Source: Gammaproteobacteria bacterium | GTDB lineage: Bacteria > Pseudomonadota > Gammaproteobacteria > UBA4575 | Direction of reading: 5' to 3' | Assembly: GCA_965243395.1 (NCBI GenBank) | Contig: CBDEUS010000002.1 | Span: 128,001 to 192,000, forward strand | DNA length: 64,000 nucleotides | In this document: piece by piece, positions 10,126-16,693 of the stretch | Numbering within the stretch: the first letter of the stretch is position 1 | Layout: each line of letters starts with the position of its first letter | Program-made: the position numbers and the translations under genes | The notes under the pieces: model-generated | Told to the model about the DNA's origin: nothing | Seen by the model: the letters and a program-made list of their open reading frames with translations, nothing else | The model's database searches: none

Positions 10126-10367
10126 TTAATCTCTAAAATATTCATTTCTATTAGAACCATCATGTCGCTTTTTCTTCAAGCAACAATTCTTGAAATCTAC
10201 GCCCTGATCCACATACACATGGATCATTCCGGCCGAACTTCTCGCTAAGTTCTTTATTGCCATGAACGATTCTATTTCCTCGTTTAACGTTTGTTTCTGA
10301 TGGGAATCCTTTACGACGTTTACTCATACGCTCAAAAGGATTGATCCTTATTTTTAAATTTACACAT
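10126..10367 (-). CDS. small SEC-C (Zn-knuckle) protein split over three frames by two apparent +1 frameshifts
   Basis: Not in the ORF track. SD GAGGTG precedes ATG 10367. [11 protein letters not shown] ends at TTT-TGA; the +1 frame reads [14 protein letters not shown]...[14 protein letters not shown]; a second +1 at TTT-C gives [21 protein letters not shown]. Confidence 0.75.
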
Positions 10368-10393
10368 GTTGCACCTCACATTACTAAACTAAA

Positions 10394-10780
10394 TCAGTTG
10401 TATTTTTTGCGATAGTTACTGGTAAAAGGTTGCGCAACAATTTGATAATCATCTTGATAGCGTATCCTTCCAATTTCCTCACATTTAATCATATCTACAG
10501 CAATACCTTTATTTTGTATTACAGAAAAGAGCTTCCACATAACGCGTATATGCTCTTGTGCACTAGGTTTAAACCAACACAGGCAGCGATAGTTACCGGG
10601 TATCTTCAAAATAGGAGGCACAATTAAATTTCTATCAATCCATCTAAACACATATTGAACTTCTTCATATTCATAATCAGTGAATGAATTGTTGTATTTT
10701 AGCTTGTACGCAAGATGTATTAGGCCTTGTTCATAACGTGACCTCCTGTCTTGGCACAGCCCAATAAATCGTAAGTACAT
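10394..10780 (-). CDS. hypothetical protein
   Basis: 128-aa ORF co-oriented within the RNA-repair module. Confidence 0.65.
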   Translation of the reverse strand: MYLRFIGLCQDRRSRYEQGLIHLAYKLKYNNSFTDYEYEEVQYVFRWIDRNLIVPPILKIPGNYRCLCWFKPSAQEHIRVMWKLFSVIQNKGIAVDMIKCEEIGRIRYQDDYQIVAQPFTSNYRKKYN

Positions 10781-10826
10781 TTTTAATATCCATTTATATT
10801 ATTTCTCAAATTTAATTAAATGACGC

Positions 10827-10850
10827 AGGCCCTCAAATAATAGAGGGCCT
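10827..10850. terminator. GC-rich hairpin downstream of the SPFH gene
   Basis: AGGCCCTC-N8-GAGGGCCT. No clear U tract on the minus strand, so it may be a stabilising stem. Confidence 0.45.
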
Positions 10851-10869
10851 TTGTCAGTTTATACTCACG

Positions 10870-12018
10870 CTACCCATCAACTTTGATTTGTACCGTGTCT
10901 TTTAGGATGCCATCCAAACCTCCGAAGACAGTTAGTTTGTCTACTTTGTCAGTGACTTTTTCCAACGTCTCCAACTCTTTCAAGCGCATCAAGGTTGGGT
11001 TGTCATCCATCAATTTCGCAGTGTTCAACAATGAACGTGTAGCTGCAGTTTCTTCACGTCTTTTAATGACATTTGCTTGCGCCACTTTTTCTGCTTGAAC
11101 TACTTGGTTCAAGATATCTTTCATGTCGCCTGGCAAAATGACATCTTTCACGCCAACGCTGCGAATTTCGATACCGTATTCAGATACGTTTGCTTTAACA
11201 GATTCGTAGACGTATTTGTCTAGTTCATCTTTAGTTACAAGCAATGCATCCAAAGTGCGTGTACCAATTACCTGACGAAGTGCAAATTGCATTTCGCGGT
11301 AAATGTATCCAGCAAGGTCTACCAATTCATGACGCGCTTTAATTGGGTCACGAATTTGATATTGAGCTGACAAGTTTGCACGTAGGCTAACTTTGTCTTT
11401 TGTCAAAACCTCTTGACCTTGCACTTCCATGCTTTGCATTCGCAAATCAACTTGTTCAACTATTACGTTGCGGTTGTATTTCCAGTATGCGTACAAGCCT
11501 GGTTGCAATGATTCTTTTAATTCACCATCCACAACCAATAGGCCAACATAGTTGTCTGCAACTTCTGCGATGTAAATTGAATTAATCAATTCACTTGGTA
11601 CTTGTTTCGCACGTGTGTGCACAAACTGACCCACTTTATTTGCAGGCAATGCAAAATCTTCTGCAATATTTTGCACTTCAACTGTCATTTCAACTGGACC
11701 TTTCCAAAATAATTGGCGTGTACCAGGTGCTACAACAGTGCTCAATTGGCCACGTTGATAAACCAATCCAACTTCATATGCGTCGGTTTCAACAACTTGG
11801 AAGTATTTTGTTACTATCTCAGGTTGTTCTTTTACCAAGACATCCACATATTTGTGGTTGAATTGCGCTTCCGTTACATCATAAATCTCGACTTGAATTC
11901 GGCCGAAAATATCGAAATATCGATATACGCCTGGTTCAAGCACTTTTACAATGCTTCGGTTTTTCAAGTAAATTCCTCGCTCATGCTGCGCAATAACAAT
12001 TCTTTTAAATCCGAACAT
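10870..12018 (-). CDS. SPFH/band-7 (slipin) family protein
   Basis: VDLRMQSMEVQGQEVLTKDKVSLRAN, GVKDVILPG, RREETAATRSLLNTAKLM; SD AAGGAG. Confidence 0.9.
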   Translation of the reverse strand: MFGFKRIVIAQHERGIYLKNRSIVKVLEPGVYRYFDIFGRIQVEIYDVTEAQFNHKYVDVLVKEQPEIVTKYFQVVETDAYEVGLVYQRGQLSTVVAPGTRQLFWKGPVEMTVEVQNIAEDFALPANKVGQFVHTRAKQVPSELINSIYIAEVADNYVGLLVVDGELKESLQPGLYAYWKYNRNVIVEQVDLRMQSMEVQGQEVLTKDKVSLRANLSAQYQIRDPIKARHELVDLAGYIYREMQFALRQVIGTRTLDALLVTKDELDKYVYESVKANVSEYGIEIRSVGVKDVILPGDMKDILNQVVQAEKVAQANVIKRREETAATRSLLNTAKLMDDNPTLMRLKELETLEKVTDKVDKLTVFGGLDGILKDTVQIKVDG

Positions 12019-12044
12019 AATTACTCCTTATTAAATAAAGTTTC

Positions 12045-12610
12045 GGGAAATGCTCCACATATAAATTGCGGGTAAACTCCTGTTGTAGTAACGGGTCTAA
12101 AATCTTTCGCATGTCATTGCGATACCCCAACTATCGCTTTGAACATGTTTCAGTCTCTAGACTGGTTATCACAAGCTTGTGATCACGCAGGCAATCTACA
12201 TGTTGCGACATAAAAAACTCTCAACCGTAGTTGAGCTATTTGAAATGTCGCGGGAACATTTCCCTGGTTAGTGTTTTCACACAAAATGCGGATTCGAACC
12301 GCAGGCTTTCGCCATTACCAATGAACAACGTTTAAAGTTGTCGAAAGAACAGGAATCGAACCTGCAACATTTCCGTTATCAGCGGAATGCTCTCCCTTTG
12401 AGCTATCTTTCACTGGTGTATCGGACCACTTACAACTTTGTATACACATTGCAATCACCTTTCGGCTTAGCTTTTGTGCACAGGTCTGAATTCAAGAATC
12501 AGATCCGCTAAGTAAATAAATGTCTCTCAATACTCATGAACTCAATGTTTATAAAACATCGAATTACAATTCTTTAAATACAGGTGACCTGCCCCATTGC
12601 AGGCCACCAT
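12045..12610 (-). ncRNA. unassigned large structured RNA (~570 nt) with tRNA-like domains
   Basis: ORF-free on the sense strand. 12-bp long-range helix 12253-12264/12045-12056, GNRA hairpins, two TTCGA T-arms. Ends approximate. Confidence 0.7.
12338..12412 (-). tRNA. tRNA-Ile(GAU)-like domain embedded in the structured RNA; ends in ACAA, not NCCA
   Basis: TGAAAGA TA GCTC AAAGGGA GAGC A TTCCG CTGATAA CGGAA ATGTT GCAGG TTCGATT CCTGT TCTTTCG A CAA. Confidence 0.7.
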
Positions 12611-12636
12611 TTTTCACGCCCCCTTTCTCCTAAAAT

Positions 12637-13203
12637 TTAACGTCGCTCTTTAGGACATTGTGTTTTCAAGAACGCCATTTGGTCTGCCAAAATTTTGCGG
12701 TTAGATAAAATCAATCCTTCTGCATAATTTGGCTCATATGGAATTCCTAATAATGAAATTCCTATTCTTTCTGCCTCACTAGGCATTAAGCTATCTTTAC
12801 GTGCATTACATGCACGGCATGCTGTAACCACATTCATCCATGTGTTTTTCCCACCACGTGATAGTGGAATCACATGATCGCGCGTTAAGCGATTTCGAGA
12901 ATATTGATCACCGCAATACATGCACATGTAATCATCACGTCGAAACAATCTTGCATTTGTCAGTGCAGGCACTTCACGAATGTGGTCGTCTGATCGCATC
13001 ACACCATGTGTTGCAACAATACTGTTCACATCAATAAATGAACGAGTTCTTGTTCTGCGATTTACACCACCATGAATACGAAAAGAATTTGAACCCATTT
13101 CGTAAACAACTTGTTCTCGTGCATACACTAATGCTGCATATTCCCAGTTCATCCATTCAACTGGACGCCCAGCTACGTCTAAACGCAAAATTAAATTTTC
13201 CAT
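12637..13203 (-). CDS. HNH endonuclease (McrA/HNH_5-like)
   Basis: LFRRDDYMCMYCG...TRDHVIPLSRGG...NVVTACRACNARK. Confidence 0.92.
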   Translation of the reverse strand: MENLILRLDVAGRPVEWMNWEYAALVYAREQVVYEMGSNSFRIHGGVNRRTRTRSFIDVNSIVATHGVMRSDDHIREVPALTNARLFRRDDYMCMYCGDQYSRNRLTRDHVIPLSRGGKNTWMNVVTACRACNARKDSLMPSEAERIGISLLGIPYEPNYAEGLILSNRKILADQMAFLKTQCPKERR

Positions 13204-13231
13204 TTAACTTTTCTCTTTTATAAAGTTACTG

Positions 13232-13254
13232 TTTAACAATTTGGATGATTGAAG
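13232..13254. repeat. trailer arm of a 23-bp perfect inverted repeat bracketing the tRNA array
   Basis: TTTAACAATTTGGATGATTGAAG is the exact reverse complement of 16565-16587. Confidence 0.92.
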
Positions 13255-13263
13255 AGTTTAATT

Positions 13264-13340
13264 TGGTACGCAGCCCCAGATTTGAACTGGGAATCAAGTA
13301 GGTTTGAGCTACTCAGGTCTTCCAATTGCCTCAGCTGCGC
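13264..13340 (-). tRNA. tRNA-Leu(CAA), short variable loop
   Basis: Hand-folded cloverleaf, loop CT CAA AC, 5-nt V loop, A73, encoded CCA. Confidence 0.88.
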
Positions 13341-13352
13341 AAAAATTTAATT

Positions 13353-13429
13353 TGGTATCCCTGGCAAGATTCGAACTTGCAACATTCTGGTTTTAAGTCA
13401 GATGCGTCTTCCGGTTGCGCCACAGGGAC
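13353..13429 (-). tRNA. tRNA-Leu(UAA), short variable loop
   Basis: Loop CT TAA AA, V loop ATGTT, CCA. Confidence 0.88.
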
Positions 13430-13440
13430 GTAATGTAATT

Positions 13441-13518
13441 TGGTAGCCACCCTCGGATTTGAACCGAGATGCACCATGTTCTAAGCATGGTAGGTATGCC
13501 AATTCCCGTCAGATGGCC
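13441..13518 (-). tRNA. tRNA-Leu(UAG), short variable loop
   Basis: Loop CT TAG AA, V loop TGCAT, CCA. Confidence 0.88.
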
Positions 13519-13561
13519 AAAATTTTTATTTTTATAATTTAGTTATACATAAATTATGATT

Positions 13562-13637
13562 TGGTACCCCTAGTAAGATTCGAACTCACATCAACTGATT
13601 TAGAAGATCAGTGCTTTTCCAATTAAGCTATAGAGGT
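13562..13637 (-). tRNA. tRNA-Arg(UCU)
   Basis: Loop CT TCT AA, CCA. Confidence 0.92.
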
Positions 13638-13659
13638 AAAAAACTAATTGAATTATTTT

Positions 13660-13756
13660 TGGTACCCCAACCAAGATTCGAACTTGGATCTACCACTAAT
13701 CTGGTGCGTGAATCACGGGATATAAATCCGCTGCTTTACCGTTAAGCTATTGGGGC
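13660..13756 (-). tRNA. tRNA-Ile(UAU) with a 27-nt variable region
   Basis: Loop TT TAT AT; V region GATTCACGCACCAGATTAGTGGTAGAT; CCA. Confidence 0.85.
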
Positions 13757-13765
13757 AAAATTTTT

Positions 13766-13839
13766 TGGACACTCCGCTCAGAATTGAACTGAGTCCTCAA
13801 GGGTTGCAACCTTGCGTCTTGCCGATCGACCACGGAGTG
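13766..13839 (-). tRNA. tRNA-Cys(GCA)
   Basis: Loop TT GCA AC, U73, CCA. Confidence 0.9.
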
Positions 13840-13840
13840 T

Positions 13841-13915
13841 TGGCACATCCGGAAAGATTTGAACTTTCATCTTTGGGTTTGGAGGCCAATGTTCTGCCAA
13901 TTGAACTACAGATGC
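13841..13915 (-). tRNA. tRNA-Trp(CCA)
   Basis: Loop CT CCA AA, G73, CCA. Confidence 0.9.
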
Positions 13916-13917
13916 TC

Positions 13918-13993
13918 TGGCTGGGAGTCCTGGACTCGAACCAAGATCTCAAGAGTCAAAGTCTTGCGTCTTAACCAGTTAGACGAATTCCCA
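13918..13993 (-). tRNA. tRNA-Gln(UUG)
   Basis: Loop CT TTG AC, U1-A72, G73, CCA. Confidence 0.92.
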
Positions 13994-14002
13994 TTTTTGT
14001 TT

Positions 14003-14079
14003 TGGCGCGGTTGGAAAGACTCAAACTTTCATCTTCGACTTTCGTAGAGTCGTGCTTTATCCGATTAAGCTACAACCGC
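14003..14079 (-). tRNA. tRNA-Arg(ACG)
   Basis: Loop CT ACG AA; T loop TTTGAGT; CCA. Confidence 0.9.
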
Positions 14080-14087
14080 AAAAACTT

Positions 14088-14163
14088 TGGTAGCCCGAAT
14101 CCGATTCGAACGGATAACTTTCGCTTTGTAAGAACGACACTCTGCCAATTGAGTTATCGGGCT
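14088..14163 (-). tRNA. tRNA-Val(UAC)
   Basis: Loop CT TAC AA, CCA. Confidence 0.92.
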
Positions 14164-14171
14164 AAAATTTT

Positions 14172-14243
14172 TGGTAGTTACGGTTAGAATCGAACTAACA
14201 AGTCCAGGGTTATGAGCCCTAGCCGAAGACCACTTCCGTAACT
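14172..14243 (-). tRNA. tRNA-Met(CAU), initiator-like, with a minimal D arm
   Basis: AGTTACG GAAG TGGT CTTC GG CTAGGG CTCATAA CCCTGG ACTT GTTAG TTCGATT CTAAC CGTAACT A CCA. Confidence 0.8.
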
Positions 14244-14251
14244 AAAGTATT

Positions 14252-14325
14252 TGGTGGATCCAGTAGGAGTCGAACCTACCTCTGCGGGTTAAAAGCCCGC
14301 TGCACAACCGCTATGCCATAGATCC
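14252..14325 (-). tRNA. tRNA-Lys(UUU)
   Basis: Loop CT TTT AA, CCA. Confidence 0.9.
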
Positions 14326-14326
14326 T

Positions 14327-14402
14327 TGGCACGCCTGAAAGGAGTTGAACCTTTATCTCACTGGTTCGAAGCCAGTGGCTCTTCCAATTAAGCTACAGAC
14401 GT
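14327..14402 (-). tRNA. tRNA-Arg(UCG)
   Basis: Loop CT TCG AA, CCA. Confidence 0.9.
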
Positions 14403-14404
14403 AT

Positions 14405-14495
14405 TGGCGGAGAAGAACAGATTCGAACTGTTGAATGAAAAATTTCCATCCCTCCTTTAGCAAAGGAGTGCTTTAAACCACTCAGCCACTTCTCC
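14405..14495 (-). tRNA. tRNA-Ser(GCU)
   Basis: Loop TT GCT AA, long V arm, G73, CCA. Confidence 0.92.
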
Positions 14496-14555
14496 AATTT
14501 ATAATTTGCAGCGCTTCGCGATATTTAATTTGCGAGTAATACCCACTCGCAAGCG

Positions 14556-14631
14556 TGGGGTGAACTACCGGACTCGAACCGGTATCTACCAGATTCACGT
14601 TCTGGGGCTTTGCCATTAAGCTAAGCTCACC
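14556..14631 (-). tRNA. tRNA-His(GUG), with A32/C33
   Basis: G-1:C73 pair; loop AC GTG AA; CCA. Confidence 0.9.
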
Positions 14632-14642
14632 ATAATTATTTT

Positions 14643-14734
14643 TGGCGGAAGGCGGAGGGCACGATCCCCACCAACTAAAAAGCCAGCCACCAGTTTTCAA
14701 GACTGGGACACCCCCACTGGGTGAATCACCTTCC
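14643..14734 (-). tRNA. tRNA-Ser(UGA) with a non-canonical 8/4 fold
   Basis: Acceptor GGAAGGTG/CGCCTTCC (8 bp), T stem GGGG/CCTC (4 bp), D stem CACCC/GGGTG, loop CT TGA AA, long V arm, G73. Confidence 0.8.
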
Positions 14735-14749
14735 TTATATATGTAAATT

Positions 14750-14824
14750 TGGAGCGGATAATCGGATTCGAACCGATATTTATGGTTTGGAAGACCATCA
14801 CTCTGCCAATTGAGTTATACCCGC
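14750..14824 (-). tRNA. tRNA-Gly(UCC)
   Basis: Loop CT TCC AA, U73, CCA. Confidence 0.92.
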
Positions 14825-14829
14825 AGATT

Positions 14830-14907
14830 TGGTCTGAGTGGCTGGATTCGAACCAACGACCTCTCGCTTCCAAGGCGAGTACTCTGCCCAGGCTGAGCTA
14901 CACTCAG
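14830..14907 (-). tRNA. tRNA-Pro(UGG)
   Basis: Loop CT TGG AA, C1-G72, CCA. Confidence 0.92.
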
Positions 14908-14934
14908 AGAATTAATTAAATATAAAAAATTATT

Positions 14935-15010
14935 TGGTGCATCGAGTTGGACTTGAACCAACGACCACACGATTATCGGTCGTGCGCTCTACCAACTGAG
15001 CTATCGATGC
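14935..15010 (-). tRNA. tRNA-Ile(GAU), with C33
   Basis: Loop CC GAT AA, CCA. Confidence 0.9.
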
Positions 15011-15011
15011 T

Positions 15012-15086
15012 TGGTGTTCCTGACCAGAATTGAACTGGCATCTCGAGTTTGAAAGACTCGTGACCTCACCATTAGTCGACAGGAAC
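15012..15086 (-). tRNA. tRNA-Glu(UUC)
   Basis: Loop CT TTC AA, CCA. Confidence 0.9.
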
Positions 15087-15100
15087 TAATAAAATATTTT

Positions 15101-15176
15101 TGGCGGACCCGATCGGACTCAAACCGACATCCCCTTTATCGACAGTAAAGTGCTTTATCAATTAAGCTACGAATCC
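15101..15176 (-). tRNA. tRNA-Asp(GUC)
   Basis: Loop CT GTC GA, G73; D-loop GA with T-loop TTTGA (A19-U56 compensation). Confidence 0.88.
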
Positions 15177-15185
15177 AACTTTTGT

Positions 15186-16047
15186 TTAAAGGTTGAGACT
15201 ATGCCTTTAAAAATCACTCTTTTGTTGAAGTACCTAACGCATTGCTGTGCGATAGTTGCCAACGTGTCCACATTACCCTGGTTGCTCCAGCGATTATGTT
15301 AGTGATCATGACTGCTTTTTTTAAAGTGTAGCGATTCACTTGTCGCGTTAATCTATTCAGCTATTCACTTACCGAGAACCTTGCCAGGCTCTAAACGGAG
15401 GCTATCCGAACGTGCAATGAAGTAACTAAAGTTCTTTGGCTTGCGACCGCAGAATCTTCCATGTTCCCAAGTGGGCATGGACTTAAGTCATTTTCAATTA
15501 ACACCGAGACGCGTCTTTGCGTTTCACCGTATGGTGATCTATGTGGGAGTCGAACCCACGACCTATTGATTCTAAGTCAATCGCTCTACCAATCTGAGCT
15601 AAAAGATCAGGTACTACTAAGACGTGCACGTCTCAGTTGCTTCATTATTTTTTGAATAACGAAATACAACACGCCTTTTGTCTTTCCTCTGCCGAGTACT
15701 TAACCGAATATTCGGATCATGGCTTCCACCCATTTCCCTAATAATCTGCACAACCGCACTTGTCTGCAAAACTCGTACTATGTTGTACTACCTGTTATCT
15801 CTCGTAGTACGCAATCTAGTATCACGGGTTACAGCACTACCTGTATCTTTCTCACGACCCGTATTCCCAAGTAAACCTGGTACGTCAATCGTGGTACTTC
15901 CGCGTATTGCTTGGCTACTATTGCCGATTGAATTACGACAACATGGAGACCAGGCTTGCTTGGTTTGACCTACTTTGAAAAGTGGGCGAAATACCGTAGT
16001 CGTATTCCTTTCCTATCGTTGCCGATAGTTATCGTGCCAAGCCACAT
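15186..16047 (-). ncRNA. large structured RNA, probably GOLLD
   Basis: About 860 nt inside a tRNA array with no sense ORF and many hairpins (CTATCG GCAA CGATAG; CCGAATATTCGG; GTACTAC...GTAGTAC). Size and context match GOLLD. Family call from memory; ends approximate. Confidence 0.65.
15532..15608 (-). tRNA. tRNA with Leu(UAG) anticodon on a class-I body, nested in the GOLLD-like RNA
   Basis: GATCTTT TA GCTC AGATTGGTA GAGC G ATTGA CTTAGAA TCAAT AGGTC GTGGG TTCGACT CCCAC ATAGATC A CCA. Confidence 0.85.
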
Positions 16048-16050
16048 ATT

Positions 16051-16126
16051 TGGTGGAGGATCACGGATTTGAACCGTGCGCCTTCTGTTTGCAATACAGA
16101 CGCTCTGCCAACTGAGCTAATCCCCC
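16051..16126 (-). tRNA. tRNA-Ala(UGC)
   Basis: G3:U70, loop AT TGC AA, CCA. Confidence 0.93.
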
Positions 16127-16135
16127 AAACTTATT

Positions 16136-16210
16136 TGGCTGCGACGGTTGGACTCGAACCAACATTGCTTCGCTTAACAGACGAATGTTCTACCATTGAA
16201 CTACATCGCA
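16136..16210 (-). tRNA. tRNA-Asn(GUU)
   Basis: Loop CT GTT AA, G73, CCA. Confidence 0.92.
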
Positions 16211-16218
16211 ATTATATT

Positions 16219-16295
16219 TGGTGCATCAGGATGGATTCGAACCACCATCGCGTCGGGCTTCAACCGACCGCTCTACCCATTGGAGCTACCGATGC
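16219..16295 (-). tRNA. tRNA-Phe(GAA)
   Basis: Loop TT GAA GC, CCA. Confidence 0.92.
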
Positions 16296-16304
16296 AAAAA
16301 TAAT

Positions 16305-16389
16305 TGGTGGAGAGAGATGGATTCGAACCACCACGCTAATAATTAGCACTGGGTTACAGCCAGCGTGTCTCACCAATGACTGTCTCTCC
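16305..16389 (-). tRNA. tRNA-Tyr(GUA)
   Basis: Loop CT GTA AC, V arm GCTAATTATTAGC, CCA. Confidence 0.88.
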
Positions 16390-16401
16390 TAAAGTTAAAA
16401 C

Positions 16402-16477
16402 TGGAGCTGGTGATAGGCGTCGAACCTACAACCTACTGCTTACAAAGCAGTTGCTCTGCCATTTGAGCTACACCAGC
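16402..16477 (-). tRNA. tRNA-Thr(UGU), first tRNA of the array
   Basis: Loop TT TGT AA, CCA. Confidence 0.93.
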
Positions 16478-16564
16478 AAAAAATATGGGACAGTCGCACA
16501 TGCGCACAACTCAACTTAGGAGTTGGGCATAATTTAAAAATTAAATTACGCACTGCCCCGCCTA

Positions 16565-16592
16565 CTTCAATCATCCAAATTGTTAAAGAGCT
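16565..16592 (-). promoter_or_regulatory. boxA antitermination element overlapping the leader arm of the 23-bp inverted repeat
   Basis: AGCTCTTTAACA at 16592-16581 versus rrn boxA TGCTCTTTAACA; IR arm at 16565-16587. Confidence 0.85.
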
Positions 16593-16604
16593 ACTGCCAG
16601 GACT

Positions 16605-16639
16605 AAAAAACCCCGGAAGGCGAACCTAACCGGGGTTTT
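16605..16639 (-). terminator. intrinsic terminator (attenuator) between the promoter and the tRNA array
   Basis: AAAACCCCGG TT AGG TTCG CCT T CCGGGGTTTT TT. Confidence 0.88.
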
Positions 16640-16693
16640 ATTTTGATTCCGGAAGGCTCGCAACGCGCACCCTCCGAATTAATTTGGAAGGTA

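Noticed and set aside
12045-12610. Y RNA / Ro60 system
   Set aside because: No TROVE/Ro60 gene in the window, and the RNA is much larger than Y RNAs.
12559-12626. Tiny ORF (GTG KNGGLQWGRSPVFKEL) after an AGGAG just downstream of HNH
   Set aside because: Too short to support and overlaps a strong hairpin; kept only as part of the structured region.
14643-14734. Selenocysteine or opal-suppressor tRNA
   Set aside because: The anticodon is UGA (reads Ser UCA), not UCA, and there are no sel genes in the window.
15532-15608. Amber suppressor tRNA
   Set aside because: Anticodon UAG reads CUA; a suppressor would have anticodon CUA.
13232-16587. Transposon terminal inverted repeats
   Set aside because: No transposase or target duplication, and one arm overlaps boxA, so an RNA stem is more parsimonious.
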